A stretch of DNA of 63,882 bases, filler included, from Octopus bimaculoides (lineage: Eukaryota): NCBI RefSeq assembly GCF_001194135.2. It is 3 parts of 3 records of this genome, joined end to end, with 100 filler letters (N's around TTAATTAATTAA, not from the genome) between each part and the next. Parts side by side here need not be neighbours in the genome. Positions count along the whole stretch, not along the records: positions 31,357 to 61,558 come from NC_068991.1; 2 more parts are not named here. The stretch is one strand, 5' to 3'. A program made the position numbers and the translations under genes. The notes under the pieces are model-generated. The model worked only from the letters and a program-made list of their open reading frames with translations, had not been told where the DNA came from and did not search any database. Below are positions 38,723 to 51,607 of the stretch, piece by piece. Every line of letters starts with the position of its first letter. Position 1 is the stretch's first letter.

Positions 38723-38824
38723 CTTGTTGAATTTTGAAGGGCTGGGGTTGGGTGATACAGATGGAGGAATGGAACTTGTCTGGAAAAAGCCCAATACCCA
38801 GCTTTTCCTAAATGAACCTTCTGC
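38723..38824 (-). CDS. TRIP11: TRIP11 post-GRAB exon: AEGSFRKSWVLGFFQTSSIPPSVSPNPSPSKFNK
   Basis: Acceptor cttttgtttgtgtcttgcag, donor AAG|gtaatc; 102 nt, phase 0-0, in frame with the GRAB exon. The W/G/F patch followed by a S/P-rich linker matches the position of the human RWMTGWLGGGSKSVPNTP segment. Confidence 0.8.
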
Positions 38825-39151
38825 CTGCAAGACACAAACAAAAGTACAAACAGATTATATAACCATAGGGACAATACAGCTCATTGCATGAGTCACACAT
38901 ACATATATAGAAGAAAGAAATTGTTGTTTGATGTGTGAGAAATAGCAGTTAAATCCTTTCATATCACACTCTACTGTCTTGGGGGGAAAAAAAGAAAAAA
39001 ACAAAAACAAAAAACAAAACAATGTAGTCGTAGATATATAAAAACTTGGAAAGGTCATGGTTGGAAAAGCTTTGATCAGAAACCTGTTCAGTCTGGATCT
39101 GGTGCTACACACTAATTACTCCCCCACAAAAGCTACAGTATCTTCTCTATT

Positions 39152-39410
39152 AGTAAAAGTAAAAATCCCTTCCCGAGTCATATAGCCTCAAAAGGGCCGG
39201 TTTCCCAGTTTCCATGGCATATATATTACCCATCTGGGAAAGATACCGGTCTGTTGCAGGATTACTCCTTTTTGTCAGCTGAGTGGACTGGAGCAACGTG
39301 AAATGAAGTATGTCACTCAAGGTCACAATGCTTCACCTGGTCCAGGAATCGAAACCACAATCTTACAATCAAGAGTCCAATACCCTAACCACTTAGCCGT
39401 GTGCCACCAC
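39152..39410 (-). mobile_element. SINE with CORE-like body and the same tail as the 49465 copy
   Basis: Minus: ccttgagtgacatacttcatttcacgttgctccagtccactcagctg..ccatggaaactgggaaaccggccc. Confidence 0.82.
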
Positions 39411-39441
39411 AGTACTTTCTCTATCTTCATTGATATATTGT

Positions 39442-39819
39442 GGAGGCGCAATGGCCCAGTGGTTAGGGCAGCGGACTCGCGATCATAGGATCGCGGTTTC
39501 GATTCCCACACCAGGCGTTGTGAGTGTTTATTGAGCGAAAATACCTAAAGCTCCACGAGGCTCCAGCAGGGGATGGTGGCGAACCCTGCTGTACTCTTTC
39601 ACCACAACTTTCTCTCACTCTTCCTGTTTCCGTTGTGGTTGTAATTCAAAGGTCAGCCTTGTCACATTCTGTGTCACGCTGAATATCCCCGAGAACTACG
39701 TTAAGGGTACACGTGTCTGTGGAGTGCTCAGCCACTTGCACGTTAATTTCACGAGCAGGCTGTTCCGTTGATCGGATCAACTGGAACCCTCGACGTCGTA
39801 AGCGACGGAGTGCCAACAA
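39442..39819 (+). mobile_element. SINE family C, full length with TSD
   Basis: tRNA-like head ggaggcgcaatggcccagtggttagggcagcggactcgc..ggtttcgattccc; 9-bp TSD attgatata at 39429-39437 and 39819-39827. Confidence 0.93.
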
Positions 39820-40719
39820 TTGATATACAGTAGGGTGGCTTGAACTATCAGAGACCAGACTGTAAAAACACAACAAAGATTTGAACACATAGCAATGTAT
39901 CCAACAGATATTCTTTTGATGGTTTCATTTGTTGGACTGTAGCCATGCTAGAGCACCACCTTCATGGTCTTAAGTCAATTATATTGACCATAGTGTTTTG
40001 ATATTTATTTCATTAATTGCGATTTATGAAATGGCTATGTTCGCATACTGATTTTCATCCTTTTAGGCAAGCTACACCGATTTACAAGTGCACTTGTATA
40101 CACCACACAGCAAACAAACATATGCAAGCGTATGCATGTTTGTGCATATGTTTGTGTGTATACTGCCATAAATCACACCTTTAATACTGGCTATTTTACA
40201 ACGATCCATCGCTCACTCTCCCCTGTACCTTCTTCCAGTACTGTCACATTAAACCAACTAACACTGTCTCTTCCATTTCACTTTCAAACACGGGAGTACA
40301 ATTAGCTAATAATAATAATAATAATAATAATATTTAGAATTATTATTATTATTATAAATATGAGAGAAAAATAACAAAGGAACATCAACTACTGCTTGCA
40401 GCTGTTTCCATTAAAAGAGTAAGCAACATTATGTAAACAGTGCTGCATTATACTCTCTCAGTTTCATCAGAACTAACTGAATTCCTTTATTTGGCGAAGA
40501 TCTTATTTATTTATACCCATGATGCAGGTCAGCTCATACTTGTGCAAAGAATTATTGTCTGAGAAAACACTCTAAGCATATATGTTATGCAATGAGTTTT
40601 GAAAATGTAAGAGTTTTGAGTTTCAAGCCCAGATGGAATTTATGGTCAGACAAAAATCAGTAACAAATCAGACCTACTTGGTTGGTCTTCATCACACTTG
40701 AACAGTTTTTTTGGTCCTA

Positions 40720-40772
<53 letters not shown>

Positions 40773-41103
40773 TGCATGGCTTAGGGATTAGGGTGTTGTA
40801 CTCACAATCACAAGATTATGGGTTCAATTAACAGTCTGTTGTGTTCTTGAGCAAAACACTTCAAAGAACTAGCATTCTGTTGAGAGGGGAATGTTGGCTT
40901 ACCAGCCTAGTTAGTAGGGGGGCATCATTCAAAAGCTATAACAATACAAGGAAGTGCACAGTGATCAGCAGTATATAACCATAATAATGTTCAAAATTAT
41001 CTGAAACCAGGCACAATCTCAGAGAGCACTTTATGTGCAGACACAAATATGCATCACCTTCTTCTGGAATCATCTGTGATTATTTCTCATTGCATTATAT
41101 CAT

Positions 41104-41325
41104 CATTATCATCATCGTCGTTTAACGTCCGCTTTCCATGCTAGCATGGGTTGGACGATTTGACTGAGGACTGGTGAAACCGGATGGCAACACCAGGCTC
41201 TAATCTGATTTGGCAGAGTTTCTACAGCTGGATGCCCTTCCTAACGCCAACCACTCAGAGAGTGTAGTGGGTGCTTTTACATGTCACCCGCATGAAGGCC
41301 ACTCAGGCGGTACTGGCAACGGTAC
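41104..41325 (-). mobile_element. Family D element with TSD
   Basis: 13-bp TSD tgcattatatcat at 41091-41103 and 41326-41338. Confidence 0.9.
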
Positions 41326-42909
41326 TGCATTATATCATTATATACATATTCTCATAATATATAATCCATCTTTTCAGTTTCATTAGTTTCACATTGTTTT
41401 CAACATTTGCTGTCACATTTCGTGCATGCATTTTAAGAGTTCCTTGTTTAGCACTACTAACGTTTGTCGTTCATTGTAAAAACCGTACCTAAGCAAGCAT
41501 GTTATATAAGAAAAAAAAAAAGTCACTCATTTAAAGAACTATTTCTTTCCATTTCACTTTGATTGAAAATTTACAATAAGAAAGGTACAACAAGAAAAAA
41601 ATAAAAGGCTTACTTTCCCAGTAGGCACTAAATCTCTTCGTTTACTATTCAGCTTATATATCTAAGATGACATTAATTCATGATTCTCTTTAACGTGACA
41701 GTGTCATTTGGCTGCTTTTTCTAACAGTTCAGCAGCCAGGTAGAGAAACTCAAAAGTTCCAGTCAGTAATTTCTGATAAAGTTTCCACTCAATTAGTTTT
41801 TTGTTTTTTTTTAAATACATCAATAATCGATTCTTTTTCTTTGAATTTACATTTTCTCTTTTCTCTTGGAAATTAAGGCTTAAAGGATATACAACCACAA
41901 TTGTTTCTTTGCTCATATACGTATTTCACTACCTGAAATGTATATATTTTTACAGTCATTGTTTCACTTTCTGAAATTTAAAACATTCACTTTCAATTTC
42001 TTATTGCTATATGAGAGGAAAACATACATGCATAGATACATTGGCATTGGCTGCTAAAACAATCAAACAACACCTCAGGAGTCACAGATAAATGTTATCC
42101 TACATATACCTGAAGACACATTTCGTTGTTAGCCAAAATGTATATATGTTACATTTATTTATGAAATTTCAAAATGTAATTCTTTCAGTTTACATTTCTT
42201 AATGCAAAATGTAAGTGGAAAAATAAAATTATTATAAACTTGAAATAAATAGAAAAATGTATTTCAGTTGAACGAGTACCTGACTAAAATATTTCTTTTA
42301 AATTGACACACAAAAAAAACAAAAAAAAAAAAAAAACTCAACTGAGAGAAAACATGAAGCTNNNNNNNNNNTTATGCACAGAATTCTGAAGATCAGAATA
42401 AACAAATACAGTTTAACAAGTTTATACACCATGTGAGAAATGGGTCTCTAGTAGAAGTAAATAGTGAAATTCTTATACACCACTTGTTTCATTTTTAATT
42501 GAAATGCCATAGAGAAATGCACGATGAAACTGGGAAATTTTCCAAAAATTGTTGTTTCAACACTAAAAAGTGTTGATGCCATAAATGAGGAAATATTGAA
42601 AGTGTTTGCAAGAGATGTAAAAGTTCTGTTTAGTCATGATCAGAGTTCAAGACAACCCTTCAGAATTCACTACACAGTACTTAAATGCATTTAATTTTTC
42701 ATGTTTGCTATCACACATATTAAAATTAAAAACTCCTATATGCAATTGACCAAGCTAACAGCATGTGTAATGGTACACATCTAGTTGCCATTATCGTGAT
42801 TCAAGCAAGAACTATTAGGGCGAAACTTATAACTGCAGGCTCACATCACAGAAAAAAAACTATTTATTCCAAGAGTCACACTTTCTTCAGCTGATAAAGA
42901 GTTATCATT

Positions 42910-43210
42910 GAGCGAGATCGTTGCCAGTGCCCCTGGACTGGTTTGTGCGGGTGGCACATAAAAGACACCATTTCGAGCGTGGCCGTTGCCAGTATCGCCT
43001 GACTGGCCTTCGTGCAGGTGACACGTAAAAGCACCCACTACACTCTCTGAGTGGTTGGCGTTAGGAAGGGCATCCAGCTGTAGAAACTCTACCAAATTTA
43101 GATTGGAGCCTGGTGTTGCCATCCGGTTTCACCAGTCCTCATTCAAGTCGTCCAACCCATGCTAGCATGGAAAGCGGACGTTAAACAATGATGATGATGA
43201 TGATGATGAT
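42910..43210 (+). mobile_element. Family D element, longer copy
   Basis: Two successive gtggcac..aaaag(a)cacc blocks followed by the family D body and a (GAT)n tail. Confidence 0.88.
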
Positions 43211-43932
43211 TAATTAGGCAACAATTTTCAGTAAAAATTAGCTATGGCAACAACAGTTAATAAATCACAAGGGTAAATGTTTTGAGGAGATTGCTTTGTA
43301 TTCACCAAAACGAGTATTTATACATGGGCAACTACACTTTGCACTATCCAGAGTGTTTCTAGGGCTGAATATACATATACACCAAACAACAAACACACCA
43401 CGAAAATATTGTTTACAAAGAAATTCAGATTTAGAAATACTTCTGACAATGGCATATTGCAGTCATACATAACAGCAAACACTACATACTTACACAGCAT
43501 CAAGCTTGCCATCATTTACACATAAACTTACAAAATATGAAGAATTTCATTTCTTGTTCATTCATTCCCACTTTTCTATTTCCATGCAATTTGCTTACAT
43601 TCAGTACTTCAATTCCATTTGGTTTTACCAAAGATTAACATAAAATAATAACTTCCTAAAACAGCGCAGAGTATCAAATAATGTACCATTGAAAACATAG
43701 GAACCATTCCAAGAAACTTTTTCATTCAGTTCAATATACTATATTTCATTCATTCACTTACTTTTCAATTTCTAAAATCATGTTAAGATTTATGAAAACT
43801 TACATATTGCATAACAGCAACAAAGTTTACATTAAAAATACCCGAAACATTAGTACCATCAGAAAACAACAACTGCAACTTGAGAGATTACATCAATCAC
43901 ATGCACATTTCATCATTCCTTACTACTCTTTA

Positions 43933-44312
43933 TTCTTTTACTTGCTTCAGTCATTTGACTGTGGCCATGCTGGAGCACCGCCTTTAGTCGAGCAAGTCGA
44001 CCCCGGGACTTATTCTTTGTAAGCCTAGTACTTATTCTATCGGTCTCTTTTGCTGAACCACTAAGTTACGGGGACATAAACACACCAGCATCGGTTGTCA
44101 AGCAATGCTAGGGGGACAAACACAGACACACAAACACACACATATATACGACGGGCTTCTTTCAGTTTCTGTCTACCAAATCCACTTACAAGGCTTTGGT
44201 CGGCCCGAGGCTATAGTAGAAGACACTTGCCCAAGATGCCACACAGTGGGACTGAACCCAGAACCATGTGGTTGGAAAGCAAGCTACTTACCACTCAGCC
44301 ACTCCTTCGCCT
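43933..44312 (-). mobile_element. SINE family A, full length, in a TRIP11 intron
   Basis: Colinear with the other family A copies; several CpG to TpG/CpA changes. Confidence 0.9.
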
Positions 44313-45901
44313 ATTTAATTTTTTTTTTTTTTCACTTCAACCAATTTAAAGATTATTCTACATTTTATATATATCCTTTCACATGACAACATTATTTCAA
44401 CACACATCATCAGGGACAGTCCTGGGGACAGAATTATAACAGCCACCGTACAATAAATATACTTCATTCTTTTGTCAGTCAGTTTCACAATTCTGTTTGA
44501 AAAATTACTTTGTATTTCTTTAGAGTTCTGCAAAAATTAACCATTAGCAACATAAAAATCAGAATTCAAGCTATGAGACATGTTATTCATCAACAGCTTA
44601 TAAAAACCAGAAAAGATTACAGCATCAAATTTCATATGGCTAGACTGTCTCTAATCAAAGTCATTCCAGCCTTGACCACCCAGTCTTTTTAGGTTATATC
44701 TAGGATTACATTATTCCAGGACTCCTTAAAACAATAAGTGTGATTTGGCTGCTATTTCTAACATATTCACAAACCATGCAGAGGCACCAGCTGTCAAAAA
44801 ATATCAAAAATTAATGGGAAATGCATAACATATAAGAAGCACACTGATTGGTTTCTTGAACATTAATTTATTGTGATTAATGTTTTAACTTATTTATTAA
44901 GAGTTAAGATGTTACTTCAAATACAAATAAAATAACAAACAAAAATGTACTGCAACATAATTTACCTTAACCATAATCAGTTTTTTACTAAAAAATATAC
45001 ACTCTAGGAATATATATAATACAAGGAGATCGACACATGACACTATCTTCAGAATAGTGTGTTCCTATTAGTATTATGTGCATTTATGTGTGTATAGATA
45101 TATGCTTGTATGTATATTAAATTAGTTCAATAAGATCCTGTAGATTGTGGTCAAAAGCTTGTTAGCATTTAGCATAAGTACATAGATATGGCTTGTATAG
45201 AACACTTGAAGGAAAAAAAAAAATAAGTGATCAATAGAATTTATTAATCAATATATCAAATACTCTTCATCTCATTTTAGAATTAATGAGCTAATTTTGA
45301 TTAGATAACAAATGCTACACAACTCCGGATACAATAGCAACTTACGGTGCAAAGAATGCAGTAAATAAACAAATGAAGAAAAAGAATGGATAAATGCAGT
45401 TCAGTTAAGTACAAGCCATGTTTCTGAGACAGAAAAAAACCATATCATGAGTATTATGAATGTAATTACTTCATAATCTATGATGTGATCTACTTTGGCA
45501 TCAAGTACAAACCACTAGGCAAAAAAAATTACATTTGCAACCAGATGGTTCTTGATTTGATACCCCTTAGCTGCTCTTGGGTAAGAATCTTCTAACATAG
45601 CTTCAAGAGGACCTGTTTTTTGTGAGTAGTAGTTAGAAACTGTGTGGCAACAAGCTGGATGTATGCATGTGTGTGCATGCTAGTATCAGAGTATTGGGGT
45701 GGACAAAAATTGCCTTGGGATATTTAGTTCTGTGTGACTTATACTCCTTTATGCCAAGGATGGCTTTCTTTCATTATGTGATTTTTAAAAAAAATTGACA
45801 AATTGACTAAAATCTCTTGAAGGAGGTGCCCCAGCATGGCCAAGGCTGAAGAACTGACATCAGTGGAAGAGTGAAAAGAAAAATAATAATTAAATAAATA
45901 C

Positions 45902-46016
45902 CTTTGAGAAATCTTCAGGAGAAAATTCTAGAATGCCACCAATAAGCCTTAAGACATCACCCTTCTTTGTTTGTGATGTGCTCAGGTAATTAATGATAAG
46001 GTTTTTCATTACAAGT
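45902..46016 (-). CDS. TRIP11: TRIP11/GMAP-210 GRAB-domain exon: LVMKNLIINYLSTSQTKKGDVLRLIGGILEFSPEDFSK
   Basis: Long polypyrimidine acceptor (ttttctttacactctctctttctatcctag) and donor AAG|gtattt; 115 nt = 1+114. The peptide matches the GRAB motif as I recall it for human ([35 protein letters not shown]). Confidence 0.93.
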
Positions 46017-46488
46017 CTAGGATAGAAAGAGAGAGTGTAAAGAAAAAAAATGGAAATATTCTCTTGGAAAAAAATCATCAGAGACACTTCAGAATAGAAT
46101 ATTGAACAAGACAAAATATAAATTTATGATAGCATTGTTTTAATATTTGATCATTGATGCAAAGTCATTGTATTTAAAATAATGTAGATGTAAAATGCAG
46201 TGTTTATGGTCTACTCTGTCTATACTCAAGGTATGGTTATGAAACAGGTGTAGAAATACTTTTGTAACAAAAAAAGGAGTTCTTCCCATGATGTACACCA
46301 TTACTGAGATAATCAGAAGCAAGAGAATGAAATGGTTCAACAGTGTCTTAAGAACTCTACATAACACTGGAGTTCTGTCAAGATCTCTCAAAGCGTCAGA
46401 TGATATTGGATACACGTGAATCTATAACTCCATGTGTGTATGTATGTATGTATGTGTGTGTGTATGCATGTATGTATGTGTGTGTGTG

Positions 46489-46548
<60 letters not shown>

Positions 46549-46561
46549 GTATGTATGTATA

Positions 46562-46930
46562 AATAATACAAAATGGGACAAGATCGCAAAACATCCAGAC
46601 AGTTAGGTGATACAAGAAAGGGACAAAACATACAGATAGACGATGCAAAGAAAACAAGGACAGGGCATTCAGAGTTTTCTCTCTTCAGTCGAAATCCAGA
46701 TTATCTTTGCAATTTCGGCTGGTTATTCTCGATATTGCTCCAATCTGGCCAGCCCCAAGGAAAAACTAAGCTAAGAGCATTAGATTCCTTGGAAGAAAGC
46801 AGCGAATGTATACAAAAACAAGGACGAGAAAAAAAACAAATAATGTTACACAAATACAATAAAAATAATAAAACAGGACATAACAACAGATGTCTTTCGA
46901 CTGAGGATGAATTAAATTAAGCTGGCGTTA
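46562..46930 (-). mobile_element. Probable Penelope-like terminal-repeat remnant
   Basis: Contains tttcgactgaagagag on the minus strand (about 46680-46695) and an inverted partner tttcgactgagga at about 46896; pyrimidine-rich body ending in a TA microsatellite. Confidence 0.4.
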
Positions 46931-47283
46931 TATATATATATGGAAACATTGTCAACCACATATACTTAATGTATATGTTTCATATATTTGCCAGCAAGCT
47001 GCTATTGGCATAATGGCAAATACTCTCTCAAAGCACTGGGTGTTAAAACACCTTAGTTATGCACAGGCAAGATATTCACCCTCAATCCCATCTAGGAGTG
47101 ATGGACACTGATGTTTCACCATTTTTGTGGCTTATCAACATCGTGTACCCAGCAGAATCAGGGATGAACTACCTCACAAGTCCACAACTTACATGCTCAT
47201 GGCATGCAAACCATGTACAGGTATGTCCAGACAATGCGTATGTAAGAGTAAATTCAAATATATAGTAGGAGCAACACTAGTGT

Positions 47284-47635
47284 TGTTGTTTTCCAATATT
47301 TTAAATTCAGGTTTGTCTCCATTAATAGGGGTGGCCGGATCTACTTCACTCTTACAGCAACCGCTCTCACACCATCTCATCTGGTTTTGGGCATCCTCTC
47401 TCTTCAAGTCAACCCGCCCAATCTCCTCCTTCACCTGTCTCCTACACAGTTTCTTTGGTTGACTTCGCTTTCAAGCTTCATTCACTTTAAACTCAAGCAC
47501 TCTCCTCAGAACATGATCCTCATCCCTCCGCAACACATGTCCATACCACCACATTCCATTCGCTCTTGCCAGCTGTTCCACCAATTCTTCCAATCCAAGC
47601 ATCTCCATCAAGTCCACAGCCCTCCTTTTATCCAA
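47284..47635 (-). mobile_element. 5'-truncated RTE-clade LINE 3' end
   Basis: Encodes ..DLMEMLGLEELVEQLARANGMWWYGHVLRRDEDHVLRRVLEFKV..KEEIGRVDLKREDAQNQMRW; (AAC)n tail; 22-bp TSD atagYaggagcaacactagtgt at 47262-47283 and 47635-47656. Confidence 0.88.
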
Positions 47636-47747
47636 TAGCAGGAGCAACACTAGTGTAATAAACATTATCAACCACATATACCAGGATTGATTTCTTCCTG
47701 GGATTTACTGCACGGAAGATTGAACCATGGTAGCTGTTAATACTTAC

Positions 47748-47829
47748 TTATCGACAAATGCTTCAGAATCAAATTTCAGCCGATGGATCTCTTGATCAGC
47801 CTCTTTCAGAAGATTTTCTTTCTCTTCAA
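47748..47829 (-). CDS. TRIP11: TRIP11/GMAP-210 internal exon (coiled coil leading into GRAB): xEEKENLLKEADQEIHRLKFDSEAFVD(K)
   Basis: Acceptor tttactattttacag and donor AA|gtaagt; 82 nt = 2+78+2. The final AA joins the first A of the 46016 exon to give Lys, producing FVDK-LVMKNL, which parallels human TRIP11 KVDKVLMRNL (from memory). Confidence 0.87.
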
Positions 47830-48106
47830 CTGTAAAATAGTAAAGAAACACAGAGATAGACAGAGAGAGAGAGAGAGACAGAGACAGACAGAGAGAGAGA
47901 CACATGGATAGATTGCTCAGAAAATATTTTTAGATAAGGTTCATCTAAAGAGATTAGGAAAGGAGAGAGGGAAGAGAGAGAAACAAAAGAGGATAAAAAA
48001 AATGCGAGAAAAATAAAAAGCAACTTTTAGTGGGTTAAATTTGTCTAAACCATGACTGAGTTTACAAAGCCTCAATCCCACCTGTTAAAAGAACTCGATG
48101 TCACAG

Positions 48107-48335
48107 ATTTCTTATTTCTTTATTGCCCACAAGGGGTTAAACACTTAGGGGACAAACAAAGGGATTAAGTCGATTACATCGACCCCAGTGCGTAACTGGT
48201 ACTTAATTTATCGACCCGGAAAGGATGAAAGGCAAAGTCGACCTCGGCGGAGTTTGAACTCAGAACATAATAGCAGACGAAATACTGCTACGCATTTCGC
48301 CCGGTGGAGTAACGTTTCTGCTAGCTCACCGCCTT
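48107..48335 (-). mobile_element. SINE family B, near intact
   Basis: Reverse complement of the 26262 copy. Confidence 0.9.
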
Positions 48336-48529
48336 TCACAGACTTCTGAAGAGAAAACTCTCTTTGTCACTTTTCCCATGCTGTGTAAATCAGTGGTTGA
48401 TAAGAGCTCAATGCTCAGCCTGTATTGTGGTGGTGCACTGCATGTGCAAGAACTAATGAGGTCTCTATTAAAATCAATGCTAGCCGTGGATGATATAGAA
48501 TAGTTGGCTTGACCATTATTATGTCGGAA

Positions 48530-49455
48530 GAGGTAACAAGCTGACAGAATTGTTAGCATGCTGGACAAAATGCTTAGTGCCATTTCATCTATCTTTATGT
48601 TCTGAGCTCAAAGTCAACCGAGGTTGACTTTGCCTGGCATCATTTTGGGATTGATGAAATAAGTACTAGTCAATTATTGGCGATCTCCTGCCTACACAAT
48701 TTCAGGCCTTGTTCCTATAGTAGAAAGGATTATTATAATTACAAGCTGGCCCTGTGCCATCAAAAATGACGGTTAATTATAGTATTTTATATATAAATAT
48801 AGATGGGAAATCAAACTAATACACTTGCCAATGTTCACATACATTCACATACTTCCCTTGTACACACATACACACATTCACAGAGTTGAAACGCTGTTTG
48901 ATTCTTCTTTTCAGCGCTGAATGTTCACCATACCAGCAGTTTGCCACCACCCCTTCCTTCCTTATTCATCTATCACCCCTTCCTTACTCATTCATATGTT
49001 GCGACGGAGAAAAACACAAGAGTATTATTATAGTAGAATAATTAAGGTAGTGGGCTAGCAGAGCTGTTAGCATGTTGGACAAAATGCTTAGCAGCATTTC
49101 TTCTGGTTTTATTTTCTGAATTCATACACCACCGAGGTTGAGTTTGTTGTTCATCCTTTTTGGGTCCATAAAATAAATAGCAATCAAGTACAGGGGTCAA
49201 TGTAATTGACTTCTCCTTCCTTCAAAAACTACTGGGCCCAAGCCAAAATTTGAAACCACTATTAGGTAAGGCAGGCCCTGCTGCTGTAAGAACAGCAACC
49301 ATACCAACTTTTATTGTATGGTCTCACATCTATTAAGTCAGTGAATTGGCAGAATTGTTAGGGTTGGATAGAATACCTTGTGGTATTTGTTCTGACAGTT
49401 TTCTATGTTCAAATCCTACTGAGATCAATTCTACCTTTCATCCTTTTCAGTAAAG
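48530..49455 (+). mobile_element. Cluster of degenerate family B SINEs (about 48530-48730, 49040-49260, 49335-49455)
   Basis: gcagaattgttagcatgctggacaaaatgcttag..gaggttgactttgcc..; CpGs decayed. Confidence 0.8.
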
Positions 49456-49464
49456 ATTTTTTAA

Positions 49465-49778
49465 TTTTTTTTTTTTTATGCACCCTTTTAAAGCCTAACC
49501 AAGCTCATGGGCCCAGTGTCCCGGTTTCTATGGCGTATGTGTTCCTCCCAGCTGGACGGGACGCCAGTCCATCACAGCGTTACTCAAAAAACAGGAAGAA
49601 AGAGTGAGAGAAAGTTGGGGCGAAAGAGTACAACAGGGGTCATCACCATGCCCTACCGGAACCTCGTGGAGCTTTAGGTGTTTTCACTCAATAAACACAC
49701 AGGCCTGGTCTGGGAATCGAAACCGCGATCCTCTGACCGTGAGTCCGCTGCACTAACCACTGGGCCATTGCACCTCCA
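49465..49778 (-). mobile_element. SINE with a family C head/body but a different tail
   Basis: Head and body match family C up to cttcctgttt; the tail is gtaacgctgtgatggactggcgtcccgtccagc..agaaaccgggacactgggccc..poly(A). Confidence 0.85.
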
Positions 49779-50999
49779 CTTTCAGTAGAGATGAGATTAA
49801 TAAAAACAATTTCAATCCAGAAGGATGAATTAGCAGGAATGGTAGAAGGTAGAGCAGTATTTGATTCAGCCTTTTATGTTCTAATAGCAATGCCTGCAAT
49901 AACATACAACTATATCAGCCCAAGGCAGCAGCCTTTCTTTAGGATAGAGATCATTGGTATGGAGTAACTGCTTGCATTCCTCAAAGAAATCTTGTTCTGG
50001 CTGCCATATAGATGCACAGAAAAATGGCCAAGATTGACCGAGGAAAACCCTACAATATATATCTATTGAGGTTGCAACCAATGGTTGGTGTTAGGGGACT
50101 AACTTGAAACAGAGGCAGAACAGTTATAACCAAGGTATTTTATAACATCAGTAATCATGCTTTATCTCAGAATGGTAAAAATTGTTGCGATGGCAGCTGT
50201 TTTTGTTTTGTTGTAATAGCACTCTCTTACTTAGGCACAACACCTCAAATTTAGAAGGAAGTGGAATATAGATGGCTATATCAACCTCTAATACTTTGTT
50301 TCATCTACTCTGGAAGGATGGAAGGCAAAACTGACCTTGGGGTAAATTTGAACACAAAACAAAAGGAGTTGAAGTTAAATACTGTAGAATATTAAATTTA
50401 TCCCATCACTTCTGTATTCTCACTGGTTTAATATTTGATTGACTGAAGTAGGATGAAAAGCAGGATTTGAACTCAGAACTGTAGCTAAATTACCATAGGG
50501 ATTTTACCTATGCTCAAATGCCTGCTACCACTACCACCACCAGTCTATATTATGATAGTAGTAACAATCACTTTCTGTTATGCTAGTAACTAAAGTGTCT
50601 GTTCAAAACCAATAAAGTGTTGAGATTGTAACTTGGTTCTATATTGCGATGGTAGTCACCTATGTTAGCCCTGATCAAAGCAGATCCATAATCAAAAGCA
50701 TTCTGACCATGATCAACTTTTTTTTTGCTTCAGATACAGTATATCTAAGCCCACATTATCCATTGTGTCATTCCCTTTTTAACATAGTAATGTGCGAAAT
50801 GAAGGAGATTTGGCTACTATTTCTAGCAAGTTGTGTGGCAATGTAGGAGTTTCCTTGCCAAGGTAGCAACTATCTTCTTGTTTATCCCAGGATGATAAAA
50901 TCTACCATGATGAAAAGCCTTGATCTGTATTATCATATTCATATAATTGTATATTATGATGGTAGCAACGATTATATCTTTATTGGTGCAGTAACTAGT

Positions 51000-51295
51000 G
51001 GGCCCCCTTCGGTCATGAATGACCATGGAATTGCACCTACAAAGTTACCCCATGAGGTACAAGTCTGGGCAAGGTTGTTTTATGGAAGACCAGCAGTCGC
51101 CCATGCATACCAGCCTCCCTTCTCTATACCAGTGATGTTATCTAAGGAAAAAGCAAAGGCTGATACAGCTTGGCACCAGTGACATTGCACCTCATTTCTA
51201 CAGCTGAGTGAACTAGAGTAACGTGTAAAAAATAAAGTGTCTTGCTCAAGAACACAACACAGAGCCTGGTCTAGGAATCAATCTCATTACCTCAT
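51000..51295 (-). mobile_element. 5'-truncated SINE with CORE-like body and a third tail type, with TSD
   Basis: 14-bp TSD gtgcagtaactagt at 50986-50999 and 51296-51309. Confidence 0.85.
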
Positions 51296-51607
51296 GTGCA
51301 GTAACTAGTCTAGTGAAATTCAGTAAAACAATAAAAGCTGTCCAAATGTTACCTTCAATCTGTTTTAGAATGGTAACATGATTTATTTTGTCATGCAATT
51401 AATTAACCAGTGCTTCGTATTAGGATGGTAATCAATCTCTACTGGAATGTCAAACTTATGATGGTAAATATTATTCAAAATTCTGACAGCAGTTTAACCA
51501 ATAAATTGAAATGGTTATTTGTTCTCTAATGAGTCCCCAGACAGAAATGGAACTAATCAGGAAATCCCCAAATTTTTCTGTCTACAGTGAGAGGTAATAA
51601 AAAGCAT

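Noticed and set aside
39442-39520. tRNA-like sequences here and at other SINE heads as tRNA genes
   Set aside because: They continue directly into SINE bodies, lack a proper acceptor stem and terminator, and are flanked by TSDs.
41704-41916. ORF ending TFEFLYLAAELLEKAAK as a possible GRIP domain or TRIP11 last exon
   Set aside because: No polypyrimidine acceptor, no similarity to the expected SFSELFVKFLE segment, and it lies upstream of the 38824 exon in transcription order.
42841-43122. 93-aa ORF
   Set aside because: Mostly the antisense reading of a family D element.
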